Source: Chrysemys picta bellii (taxonomy: Eukaryota). Taken from it: 64,000 nucleotides of DNA. A program made the position numbers and the translations under genes. Location of the stretch: contig NC_088792.1 in NCBI RefSeq assembly GCF_011386835.1, positions 208,940,001 to 209,004,000 on the forward strand, in the 5' to 3' direction. How positions within the stretch are numbered: the first letter of the stretch is position 1; each line of letters begins with the position of its first letter. Of the stretch, positions 12,676 through 24,877 are shown in pieces. Under the pieces are notes generated by a model. The model had not been told where the DNA came from. It did no database searches and saw only the letters and a list, made by a program, of their open reading frames with translations.

Positions 12676-13375
12676 GTATGCTATGAGATAATTACTTAAG
12701 TGGCCTAGTAAAGAAAGCATCTTAATTACAAGCAGTTTAAGACTAAGATTGCGTGTGAAAGGCTCTCTTACAAAGTCATCTGCAGAATGAAAAAGTTGGA
12801 GATGTACTATTAGACTAAACTATTGCATAGGTTTGGCGGTTCAGAGCTGTTAAATGAAAGGTGTACATTCCAGTACACATGCTTCAGGAAGTGGAGTGAC
12901 CCTGGCTTAAAACCTCAATCCAAAGCAATTCTCTAGTTACTGATGTTTAATATCTGCATTGCTGGGCTAACCAATTTAGGTAAAAAAGTATTAATACTTC
13001 TCTGTCCAGCTGGAGAAGAGGGCATGAGGGAGGACAATCCACTGGAAATGCTTTACAATATTCTGTTTTTCACTGAAACTCATATTCCAAAACTAAAGAT
13101 TATTGTCTAACTACAATTCTGTTCAGCCCGGACTTTTCAGAACTCTAGTTTTCCATTTAACATTTGCATCAGGCATTAAGAGATTAAACACTAGTTACAG
13201 CTGATACCTTTTGCATTACAAATGAGCCTGGCATGATCCCCAGCATCAGAGATTACAATAATTATTCTCCAATTGCATGACAGCACTTGAGTTATTTGAA
13301 TGAAGAGGGGACTAGAGCTAGTATCACTTTATAAATAGTAAAAAAAAATTTTTTTTTTTTTTTTAAATCTTGTAG

Positions 13376-13471
13376 GATGCTGGATATTCCACTGAAATGA
13401 AAGAAGAGTCTGCAAGGAAATACCAGTTTCCACAGGGAGAAGTTTGGCAGAAGATCCTTTCTAAGCCATAA
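13376..13471 (+). CDS. ENOSF1: ENOSF1 last exon, coding part with TAA
   Basis: tag|GAT GCT GGA..CCA TAA; DAGYSTEMKEESARKYQFPQGEVWQKILSKP*. Confidence 0.95.
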   Translation, partial: DAGYSTEMKEESARKYQFPQGEVWQKILSKP

Positions 13472-13768
13472 AAAACAACTGCATTAAGCCTAACCCTGAC
13501 AATTTTCAGGCTGCAGATTAAATTTCCCAAGCTGTTCACACACTATTGTTAGGTGATGATACAAGATTTCAGCTGCCAGTAGATGCTTTTGTATAACCAG
13601 GCAAAAACCTCCAGGAATTAACATAACACATAGTCTAGGATGTTTAGTTTAAAGAAATGACGGGGGCCTCTATTCCAGCAAAGTTGTACTTTAGTGTAAC
13701 TAGTGGATGGGCTATGAACTGAATTTCTAGAACTAGTCTACAAATCAGTAACTTTGCAGTATCTGTTT

Positions 13769-13925
13769 TCATAGATTCCAAGGGCAGAAGGGACCACTGT
13801 GATCATCTAATCTGACCTCCTGCATAATACAAGCCTTAGAATTTCCCTAAAGTAATTCCTTTTGAACTGGAGCATCCAATATGACCCTTGGTAAATTGTT
13901 CCAAGGGATTTTCTCACACCATACT
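13769..13925 (-). mobile_element. CR1 3' fragment within the probable ENOSF1 3'UTR
   Basis: catagattcc...gaagggaccactgtgatcatctaatctgacctcctg CR1 tail pattern. Confidence 0.6.
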
Positions 13926-13950
13926 AAAGTATTTGAATTTAGAGATTTAA

Positions 13951-13956
13951 AATAAA
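13951..13956 (+). terminator. Candidate ENOSF1 poly(A) signal AATAAA
   Basis: The only canonical + strand AATAAA I found between the ENOSF1 and TYMS stop codons; ATTAAA variants at 13517, 14104, 14735 and 14758. Confidence 0.5.
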
Positions 13957-14039
13957 ATTCCTTGCTGTCTACTCTTGTCCTAATCATATACAAAACTTCA
14001 TATTGGTTATGTTGTGGAACCAAAAGCTGTTGCAAGTAC

Positions 14040-14130
14040 AGAAACAATGAGGGGTCCAGTGGCACCTTAAAGACTGACATTTATTTGGCATAAGCTTTCG
14101 TGGATTAAAAAAAAACACTTCAGATGCATG
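14040..14130 (-). mobile_element. Penelope-like element terminal fragment with decayed hammerhead motif
   Basis: ggcaccttaaagact...ttatttggcataagctttcgtgg pattern; - strand gcat-CTGAAG-tg...cac-GAAA-gcttatgc. Confidence 0.6.
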
Positions 14131-14744
14131 TTAGGTATAGAGCTATTCAGAGTTGTCCTATTGGTTGTGTGTTTGTAAGTTTGGGCCTTAATGAAAATAC
14201 AAAAGTTTTTACTCAGCCACCATGTGTGTACATAAACTACCATGGCTTGGTAAGATGGGCAGCATCATGAAAGGACCAGAACGGGCCCTGATGTCACCTA
14301 TAGCGGGGGTAGAGTTGACAGAGCTAGGTGTTATGCTTTATTTGTATCAAGACTTGTGACTAGACATTTGCCAATTCATCAAAATTGAAATCTGTGTCCA
14401 ACAAACTTCTGTGGGAAGCCTGCCTGGCTTCTTGACAATTTGCTCACCTGCCCACCACCTTAACAGCCTGCCAAGGGGGAGCACAGCATTTGGGAGCCTG
14501 CAGTCCCCAGCTTCAGTGTAATCCACCAAGTACCCTGCCTGTGAGTCAGAACTTCCACAGCCCCCAGTCCAATTAGGAGAGTTAATGTTTTGATTTTTGT
14601 TCTGAAATTGAACAATGCTAAACCTTTGAAATCTCAAAATCCTCTGAAATGTACCTTGCTTTACTTGATACTAGTGTTACAAGCACAAATTCAGTACTAG
14701 ACCTTAAAAAGATACAACACACTTTCCAAACACTATTAAAAATA

Positions 14745-14760
14745 TTTATTCAAGTTTATT
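14745..14760 (-). terminator. Candidate TYMS poly(A) signals (two AATAAA)
   Basis: + strand TTTATT at 14745-14750 and 14755-14760, about 540 nt past the TYMS stop. Confidence 0.6.
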
Positions 14761-15296
14761 AAACATTCTTATCACCACTTTTCAAGCTTAAAAAAATCCT
14801 GCTATAACAAGTGTTTTGTTTAAATATTTACTAATACATAAGGGTAAGTAACTAATACAGAACAAGACTAAACACTTCTCACTGCTTAGGCTACAGTGCA
14901 GAACAAGGAAAAGCTTGAAATATTAACTTAAACCCCGTAACAACTTAAGGGGGGCTCCAGCCAATTCCTGAATGATTTATAGACAGTAGAAATATACAGC
15001 CCAGAGTCACCTTCCAACAGAGATCTCTGAACTCAAAGACCGACAGTAAACAGTACTAATTTTTTCTTTTACACCAAGATTTGGTTCAATGACACCTGCA
15101 GGAAGGCAACCTAACATACCTTTCTCATTAAAGAACTGTTAACCTGCTTCTGAACAGTCCGTGGTCTAGAGCAGGACCCCTTTCAAAGTTATTTAACTGT
15201 TTTAGCAACATTGAAGAGCATCGCATTGAGCTTAAGTACAGAGAAGGTAACATGCTTATGAAACAGACTCCTATCATGTTTAAAAAGTTAAGTGCA

Positions 15297-15434
15297 TTAA
15301 ACAGCCATCTCCATTTTAATAGCTGGATGTGGGTTATAGTCTTCAATCTGAAAGTCATCTACTTTGAAGTCACTGATATTTTCAATTTTACGAAGAATTT
15401 TGAGTTTTGGGAAAGGTCGTGGTTCCCTCTGAAG
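15297..15434 (-). CDS. TYMS: Thymidylate synthase exon 7 (stop)
   Basis: cag|CTT..GTT TAA; 138 nt, LQREPRPFPKLKILRKIENISDFKVDDFQIEDYNPHPAIKMEMAV*. Confidence 0.97.
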   Translation of the reverse strand, partial: LQREPRPFPKLKILRKIENISDFKVDDFQIEDYNPHPAIKMEMAV

Positions 15435-16037
15435 CTGAAATTAAAGAGAGTTTGACTTACATTTGTACAAGATTAGCGCTCAAAAGTAAAAAGAGAGTGC
15501 ACAGTGAAAATTGATTACTTAGACAGCTCTTTTGGTTAGGTAGACCTCACCTGCCATAACATTCTCTGTCCTATCATAGTATGTAGATATTTGTGTGAAG
15601 ACGGTGGAAAGATTGATATGAAGTGAACAAGTCTCTGTCAGAGACCAAAAAAAGTACAGTAGAGCCTTATCATTCAGAAGAATACCCACTAAGAATTACT
15701 GGTTTGCAAACTGATTATATAATGCATCAAAGTGCATTTTATTCGTTTAGTCAGTTATAGTTTTGTTGTGATAAGTATAAGGACACTAATATTTTGTAAC
15801 AATAATGATAGAGATTAGAGTACAAATTCTTGCATCTTTGACTTGCAGAGAGATGTATACTAACTTGGACCAATAGAGTGGTTAATTCGATCAAAATTCT
15901 ACAGTGTTTTCACTTGTAACCAGAGTTGAACATAGGTAAAGGGTTACAAGTGGAGAAGATATCAGAGGATCAGCAATGCAAATGAACATAGTATTTACAA
16001 TGAAAGTACTAGATCTAAAAATGCAGGATTACCATCA

Positions 16038-16208
<171 letters not shown>

Positions 16209-16692
16209 TCACCCAAACAGGGTAGCACATTTCAGAACTGTATGACACTGCAATGCTTGTGCCAGAGGTTCCCAGCACCGCTGTTGCTGAAGCATAGCTC
16301 CTGCAACAGATTGTCTCGATAAGCTGTTTTCTTACAAGTTCAAATATTGTCTTTCCCTAAAGTAACCGATCATTATTTTAAGCTACTCTAAGCAGAATAT
16401 GAAGTTCTACAACAAAGATTTTGCAACTGAGCACTCATTTATCTGTTAACACAAGTGGAAGGAGATGGGGGTAGTGAGAAATACAGCCGTCTCCATCTAC
16501 CTTGAAGTGATAGGTTGCAAGTATTAACAGTGCTACAGTGATCCATGCTTCTAGCTCAAGATTAGAATACTGTAATGTATACTGTGGCACTTAATTCTGT
16601 TAAGAAACCAAAGCAACTCATTAAAAGGAGTTCCTTGCAGGATCACATGAAACCAGTGCACCATGATCTATCCTGACAAATTGAAGCCCTAA

Positions 16693-16962
16693 GGGTATGT
16701 CTACACTAAATCTGGGAGTCTGCCTCCTAGCCCAGGTAGACACACTCTCACTAGCATGCTAAAACTAGCAGAACGATTATTGTGGAAAAGACAGTGGCTC
16801 CGGTTAGCCACCTGAGCTCAGATGGGCTTGGACTCGGGCAGCTAGCTGGAGCCACCACCCATGCTACAATGCTATTTTTAGTGCACTAGCTTGAGCGGAG
16901 ATGGCACAAGTCTGTCCACCCACGCTGGGAGGCATGTTCCCAGCAGCAATGTAGACATATCC
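16693..16962. mobile_element. Harbinger-type MITE
   Basis: TAA then GGGTATGTCTACACT ... TGTAGACATATCC. Confidence 0.7.
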
Positions 16963-18470
16963 AAAATGGCTTTGAACCTGCCTAGCTGAGAAACATGCCT
17001 CATTGTTGCCACAGTTATGGTATGCAGAAGCACTTGAAAGCCAGTCTTCTTGGTTTAAAACAGAGCTGCTAGTGGGATGTTTTCTGTAATGAGCCCTGAA
17101 CTTTGGAATTCTCTTCCCAGCCTCTTGATCTGAAATAGCCCACATCTGTTGGCCTTCATGGCATGCTACAAATTGCAGCTATCCTCACATTTGGAAAAGG
17201 GCTGGTATTTTTTCTAACTGGGAACATTGACAGGTTGGTTTGTCTGCATTAACATTTCTTTCACTTATGGCAAAGGCATCTAGCGCCCTGGCTTAAGTCA
17301 CACAAAATGCTTATCATTGCCTGACAATTTACCATCATCATTGGTTTAGGTCTAGTGCTTAGAGTTTACTGCTGCTGCAAGTATCTGCACTATTTTGCTG
17401 CAGTATTCTTAGCCATAGCATGTGATGAAATACTGGATCGTAAAAGCAGAGCTATTTACTTAATTTGTCTGTAGTGTTATTGCAGTGTTTAATGTTATGC
17501 AAAAATTCACAAGTCTTATATGAGTTTATGTTCTTTACTGCAGATCTCTTCCACAAAAAGTGTTTTGCTTTAAGAGGAGATATAATAGTTAAATGAAGTT
17601 GTGAAGGAGACATCAAACTTCATTTACTTTAATTGCCTGATATAAAACTTACACTAAGTCCTTACTTATTATAAAGCATGATTTTCTCCACTCACCCATT
17701 TCATCTCCTCTCCTCAATGCTAAAAATGGAAGCAGCAACTCCTGATCATAGCACCAGGAGGGGGTCAAAATCTCACAGTCTTTAAGAAGTGAGGAAGTCA
17801 GCTTTTAGAAGATAGAAAGACTAATGTATTTAAATTTAACAAATCTCTGCTCTACCAAGTCACAAGAATGCAGCTATCTTTGGTGAAAGACAACAGGTGG
17901 CTAACAGAAAAGAGCAGTACTACACAACCATTTACAGTCAGAAGTGAAAAATATCCAATTGAAACCATAGCAGGAATTTTAGGTAGGCAGATCACAATAT
18001 GCAAATTGGAATCTGACAGCAACCAGAGAGTTAATTCTCTGTCTAGTCCAATAAAAAAAAAAGCTATGACATTTCTAATGGCTGGAAGTTGGTAGTACCT
18101 TGAAGATAGCTGTTTCAGTAGCACAAAAAGACACCCTATGGCATTTTTCATTGTCACCAGAAGGAAATGTGCTCAACTCAGATTTTTGGTAGATAAACTG
18201 GTGAAATAAGCCAGGACACATCTTAATTTTGACAATTATTTTTCACAAGATTTGGAGATTCTTTGATATAAGTGATCATTATGACATTTGTAGAGTTCTT
18301 ATAGTGCAGGCCACCCCACTAACACATACATAAATACAATTCATCTACAGAGCCCGTTCCTGTACATATCTAAACTTTTGAATGTTGTGTTCTTTCCAAT
18401 TCTTCCTACATAAATGTTTAATGTTTTAGTCCTCTGTTCAAACTATAAATATCTAAGCAAAAGGATACTA

Positions 18471-18830
<360 letters not shown>

Positions 18831-19559
18831 CTATTACCACTACCAGATATTAATTGCTTGATTATGTAACTGCTATTGTTAACAGTAACTGGTTGGTGGA
18901 CAGAGGAAAATCACATCTAGAAATTCCACTGGAAAAAAGGTTTTAGGCCCTCATACTGCAAAGACTTATGCACATGCTTAATTTTACTCACATAATTAGT
19001 CCTATTGATTTTATGAGATTATTCTCATGAGTAAAATTAAGCATGTGTCAAGTGTTTGCAGCATTCAGGGCTTTAGTCATTCAGCCTATGTTTTCCTTCT
19101 TAAACAAGTTCCTGCCTCTAATTTTTATTCTTTGTATTGCAATAGCACCTCAGAATCCATCATGGACCAGCACTACACAGACGGGGGGGAACATCCACTG
19201 CCTCAGAGAGTATAAGACAAAAAGTAACAGGTGGACAGAGACAAACGAGGGAGCACATGGGAACAATGAGACAATACTGATCAGCATGATAAGCAGCAGT
19301 CAGAGCACTCCTGCCACCTGCTGTAAATTTATTGCCCAATTATTACCCTAATTGTGAGCTTACATGTGAAAAGTGAAAGTTCCTAAAAATGTTATAATAA
19401 CCTATTACAACAAATGTTGATGAGAAAAGATGCAAAAGGAAGACAGAAAGACAATTAGTCCAAACAAAAAGGCCTACTGATATAACTCAAGGACTGTGTT
19501 AACCTCATGCCTGGTAAACAAGAAGATTGTGGGACTGGAAATCCGTTTCCTTTTTTCTT

Positions 19560-20235
19560 CTGTCTAATAAGACTCTGGTTTCACTGGTCAAAACTGCATA
19601 TTTTGCAACACTGCTGTAAGCCTGTGACCAGAGAGGCAGCTAAAAGCTATCATCTAAACAGCTTGATGCTGGAATAAATTTGTCAGGTCTTGGAATGGTT
19701 GATAAGACCATGTGCGGTGCCTTTCTCCAGCAGCGAACTTGCAAGTAAAAGTCAACACTAGAGATAGAACTCCATTTTCTATCCTTGTTGTTCTTTTCTC
19801 TCCCCTCTTGAGCGTTTGTCTTATTTTGTTTTCTAGGAAACAGGACTGGACTTCACCAACAACAGTGTTAACAACAGCTCCAGCCCATCTCAACTAACTT
19901 CTTCTCTCCCCCCCCCCCACCCCCCCAAAAAAAGACGGTTATCACCATCAAAGAGGCTGTTAGAAGGAAAACCCTCGTGTTTAACAACTCTCTCCAGCTA
20001 AAGGGACAGGAAACAAGGGATGTTGTTAAAATGGAAGCCTTATTTACTACTTTACATTTCAAATGCTTTAACTATTTTTCCTTCTTTTCTGTATCTTTAA
20101 TAAAAAGGTTAAAAAGATTTTTAATGGTGCATTTGCCTTGATACAAGCAAGCTGCGATTTCTGTATACCAAACCTCTTTAAAACTGTTTAAGGTTGAACA
20201 GTTTCAGGGTCATGTTAACACCACTAGCTCTTTGG
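19560..20235 (+). mobile_element. LTR-like relic in TYMS intron 4
   Basis: ctgtatctttAATAAAaaggttaaaa R/U5-like pattern; boundaries uncertain. Confidence 0.35.
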
Positions 20236-20256
20236 GCCCATTTATTCTATCTAAAT

Positions 20257-21266
20257 CAGTAGTTCTCAAACTTTTGTACTGGTGACCCCTTTCACATAGC
20301 AAGCCTCTGAGTGCGACCCCCTTATACATTAAAAACAGTTTTTTAAAAATATATTTAACTCCATTATAAATGCTGGATACAAAGTGTGGTTTGGGGTGGA
20401 GGCTGACAGCTCACGACCCCCGATATAATAACCTCGCGACCCCCTGAGGGGTCCTGACCCCCCGTTTGAGAATCACTCACTCACTCATGCCCGTCACCCC
20501 AATCGGAGTATGGGCCGCCAACCACAGACCTCCAGAGTCCTCTATCCTGGACCATTTGCTCTAGCTGGTTCCAGGTATAACCCATTTTTATGCTATCAGC
20601 CTGAAGGTCGCGTTGCCAGGTGTTTCTTGGACGGCCTCTTTTCCACTTGCCTTGGGGGTTCCACCGCAATGCCTGTCTAGTGATGTTGGTTGGCTGCTTG
20701 CGTAGTGTGTGTCCTATCCAGCCCCACCTTCTCCTTCTAATTTCTTCCTCTGCTGGAAGTTGACGGGTCCTCTCCAAGAAGTAGATGTTGCTGATGGTGT
20801 CTGGCCAGCAGATCTGGCGCTCTCTTCATGTCCGGAATACAGCAACAGCTCTCCTGTCAACAATCGTCTCTGTCCAGCTTGCGTCCATCTTGTCTTGCTA
20901 ATGCCTAGTAGGGTCAGGTTGTTGCTCCTCATCTCTGCTGCGACCTGCGCCGTCTTTCTTGACTCGTACATAGTCCTCACATTCCATGTACCGATGGTAA
21001 TCCTCCTAGTTGCAAGAAGGGTAATCGGCTTTGTGGCTTCCTCACGACTTTAACCACCCAGCATCATGCGTCTTCGAGTTGAAGGCCCTTCTTTTTCCAG
21101 GCTAAAAGTCTCTGTTATCTCTATTGTTGGCATTTCTGTAGCAAATTAATTTTTTACGGGGTGGAGTTGCTAGCCCCATGCCCAACCCTCCTCCTTTATC
21201 CTGACTTGGGACAGGCAGATGGCCCCAAAGGACCTCTCTGGTGGAGTTCCAGTTTGAGAATCCCTG
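20257..21266. mobile_element. hAT-Charlie-type MITE interrupted by an RTE insertion
   Basis: Perfect 8-bp TSD atctaaat; CAGTAGTTCTCAAAC ... GTTTGAGAATCCCTG. Confidence 0.85.
20475..21251 (-). mobile_element. Internally deleted RTE-clade LINE (777 bp) with 5' end, 3' tail and TSD
   Basis: 11-bp TSD gtttgagaatc; N-terminal GTWNVRTMYE...LYSGHEE fused to C-terminal QICWPDTISN...RRRRWGWIGHTLRK...WNPQGKWKRGRPRNTW; (GAGT)n tail. Confidence 0.88.
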
Positions 21267-21299
21267 ATCTAAATTAATACAATATGCCTACTTCTTCTC

Positions 21300-22075
21300 A
21301 CATTTGCGTAGACATCACAGCAAAGGAGAGTTGTAAGGAGGAATTTAAAGGAGTACAATGAAGTGGTTTTGTGGATGTTTATGTGCAGCTCTTCCTATGC
21401 ATGAGGGGCAGAATGGAAGAAAGCATGAAGGTACTTTTTAGAAAACTGAACAAGTGGGTGATAAAGGCTGATGTCACTGGCAAGGTGGAAGTGGGAGTCA
21501 ACATCTTGGCAGGGTATGAGAGATGATAGGTAGCATGAGGATAGGCTGTGAAGGGCCCTGACGGTAAAGGCAAGTAGATTATGTTTGAGGCGATGGAGAA
21601 AGAAGGGATGCAAAAGAGGGTGATATCGTCAAACAAACTAGGACAATCATCTTTGCAGAAGTATTTTGAATGGCTATAAGCGGGGTGAGACTGTATTTGT
21701 CAAGGTCAGAGAAGAGAATGTTGCAGGAGTCAAAATCATGGGAGACTAGATGAGTGAACTCTGTGGACAGAGAAAGAAGATGTATAGAGATGTTAGGCGG
21801 AAGGATCAACAAGATTTAGACCAGCAGGGCCCAAACTTACTAGTTCATGTACCATCTTCTTTAAAAAAGGCTGTGAAGTGAACTGATGGAATATATGATG
21901 CACCACAGTTAGGGAAACCATGATTTAGACACAACCTGAATGTTAGAATCTAGAGAAATGGTCAAGTTAAAGAAGCCAAGTGACAGAGAAGATAATGGTG
22001 TCCACTGACTGAGAAAAAAGGGAATAATTGCGGAGGGAAGATTAAGAACCCTGTTTCGGCTTTGTTGATCTTAAA
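21300..22075 (-). mobile_element. Old L2 LINE fragment
   Basis: Degraded ORF2 C-terminus (LVSHDFDSCNILFS...IQNTSAKMI resembles SRLDYCN...IQNAAARII). Confidence 0.6.
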
Positions 22076-22087
22076 CTGATATCTGGA

Positions 22088-22343
22088 CATCATAGATTCA
22101 TAGACTCTAGGACTGGAAGGGACCTCGAGAGGTCATCGAGTCCAGTCCCCTGCCCTCAAGGCAGGACCAAATACTGTCTAGACCATCCCTGATAGACATT
22201 TATCTCACCTACTTTTAAGTATCTCCAGAGATGGAGATTCCACAACCTCCCTAGGCAGTTTATTCCAATGTTTAACCACCCTGACAGTTAGGAACGTTTT
22301 CCTAATGTCCAACCTAAACCTCCCTTGCTGCAGTTTAAGCCCA
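22088..22343 (-). mobile_element. CR1 LINE 3' end
   Basis: ORF2 C-terminus [39 protein letters not shown], 3'UTR and TCTATGA-type tail. Confidence 0.9.
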
Positions 22344-23129
22344 GGTGTCACCCTCCTTTGACCTGCCTGATCCCTATTAACCTTCCACCTACCATACAGT
22401 TGCCCTTTAATGGGAACCTTTCCCCAGGATGCCTTTTTGGAAACTGTCTCTTTAACTATAGTAGGGAAAACAGCTAAAACGATCATTTTGAGCTTGTTGG
22501 CATCTCCCGCTCTTCTAGCTGGCGAGTACCTTTAATTCCTAAAGTTCTTAAACAGGCTCCTATCTTCAGAAAAGATTCTAACAACGAAAAAGAGCACTGT
22601 ATTTTTTTAAGTTTTGTTTTCTTCCCTCCCTTCCCAAGTTTTAGTATAATCCTATAATTTAATACAAAGTAAAAAAACCCAGCTGCTTGATTATATTTTT
22701 CAATTCTGAGCTTTCTTAAAAAACAAGTTAAAAAAACATTTATTATCCGCAAAGCATCTTTGAATAGTGACTGTATGTAGAGGGCAGTGATAATCATGTA
22801 TTTCCATTTGTGCTAAGACAAAAAAGGTTTGAAATCATACAGGATGTTTTGGGGCCTGAATATCCTCTCACATCAGTGAGAATCATCAGAAATAGGAGAA
22901 TCCAGGTTATAATTCACCCAACCATTTATAGAACATGAAATCACATATCAGCTGTGTAAGCTCGCCTTTTCTTGCAGCAAAAATGTAACCACCACCAGAG
23001 CTGGCTGTAGACACAGGATCTAGTAATTATGCAAGCTTTCAGGACTAAATGAGCACCAATGAAATAGCTGAGCATGCAACTTGGTAAGGTGTAACTACAT
23101 TCATTTCACATACACACACACTTCTGTAC

Positions 23130-23231
23130 CTTTGGGATTCCAAGCACACATGATGATTCTTCTGTCATCTGGATTGTTTTTGATTGTGTCGATTACATTC
23201 TGCAGCTGGTCCACTCCCTGGCCTGAGTAAT
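23130..23231 (-). CDS. TYMS: TYMS exon 4
   Basis: cag|AT TAC..AAA G|gtacag; 102 nt, [34 protein letters not shown]. Confidence 0.97.
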
Positions 23232-23629
23232 CTGAAGAAAGTTACCAAACAAAATTTAAATAAGGGTATGTCTACATTATGAAATTAGGTCGATTTTATG
23301 GAAGTCGATCTTTAAAAAGCAATTTTATACAGTCGATTGTGTATGTCCCCACTAAGCGCATTAAGTCGGCGGAGTGCGTCCTCAGTACCATGGCTAGCAT
23401 TCACTCACAGAGCGGTGCACTGTGGGTAGCTATCCCTGTCCCTGCAGTCTCCGCTGCCCATTGGAATTCTGGGTCAAGCTCCCAATGCCTGATGGGGCAA
23501 AAACATTGTCGCGGGTGGTTTTGGGTACGTCGTCAGTCTCCCCTCCCTCCCTCCGTGAAAGCAACAGCAGACAATCATTTTGTGCCTTTTTTCCTGGGTT
23601 ACCCATGCAGATGCCATAGCATGGCAAGC

Positions 23630-24877
23630 ATGGAGCCTGCTGAGCTCACCGCTGCTGTTGTAAGCATAGTAAACACCTCATGCATTATCCTGCAGTATGT
23701 GCAGAACCTGGCTAGGAGCCACCAGCACGAGGACGATTGTGAGGAGGACATGGACACAGATGTTCCTGAAAGCACGGGATTTGGCAATTGGGGCATCATG
23801 GATACAGTGGAATGCCAATTCTGGGCCCGGCAAACAAGCACAGACTGGTGGAACCGCATAGCGTTGCAGGTATGAGATGATTCCCAGTGACTGCGAAACT
23901 TTCGTATGCGTAAGACCACTTTCCTAGAACTTTGTGAGTTGCTTTCCCCCGCCCTCAAGCGCAGGAATACCAAGATGAGAGCTGCCCTGACAGCTGAGAA
24001 GCAAATGGCGATAGCCTTGTGGAAGCTTGCAATGCCTGACTGCTATCGGTCAGTCAGGAATCAATTTGGCGTGGGCAAATCTACTGCGGGGGCTGCTATG
24101 ATCCAAGTAGCCAAGGCAATCACTAACCTTCTACTAGCAAGGGTAGTGACTCTGGGATATGTGCAGGTCATAGTGGATGGCTTTGCTGCAATGGGGTTCC
24201 CTAACTGTGATGGGGCGGTAGGCGGAATGCATATCCTTATCTTGGCACTGGACCACCTTGGCAGCCACTACGTAAACTGTAAGGGGTACTTCTCAATGGT
24301 GCTGCAAGCACTGGTGGATCACAAGGGACGTTTCACCAACATCAATGTGGGATGGCCGGGAAAGGTGCATTACGTTCGCATCTTTAGGAACTCCAGGCTG
24401 TTTGAACAGCTGCAAGAAGGGACTTACTTCCCATACCAGAAAATTACTGTTGGGGATGTTGAAATGCCAATAGTTATCCTTGGAGACCCAGCCTACCCCT
24501 TGCTCCCATGGCTCATGAAGCCATACACAGGCAGCCTGGACAGTAGTAAGGAGCAGTTCAACTATAGGCTGAGCAAGTGCAAAATGGTGGTAGAATGTGT
24601 CTTTGGACGGTTAAAAGCTCGCTGGTGCTGTTTGCTGACTAGGTTAGACCTCAGCGCAACCAACATTCCCATTGTTATTGCTGCTTGCTGTGTGCTCCAT
24701 AATATCTGTGAGAGTAAGGGGGAGACGTTTATGGTGGGGTGAGAGGTTGAGGCAAATTGCCTGACCACCAATTTTGAGCAGCCAGACACCAGGGCGATTA
24801 GAAGAGCACAGCTAGGCATGCTGCGCATCTGAGAGGCTTTGAAAACCAGTTTCATGACTGGCCAGGCTACGGTGTGA
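23630..24877 (+). pseudogene. Harbinger (HARBI1-like) DDE transposase, inactivated
   Basis: One 416-codon frame MEPAELT...; motifs LGDPAYP and VVECVFGRLKARW; in-frame TGA at 23873, 23888, 24740 and 24830; GAVGG instead of GAIDG, HY instead of HD. Confidence 0.88.

Noticed and set aside
23279-23629. N-terminal part of the 198 aa ORF upstream of the transposase
   Set aside because: Chance open frame through the TIR/subterminal region; the family-like sequence starts at MEPAELT (23630).
23873-24742. Three TGG>TGA changes as an APOBEC-like hypermutation signature
   Set aside because: Too few events, mixed contexts, and Trp codons become stops easily by ordinary transitions.
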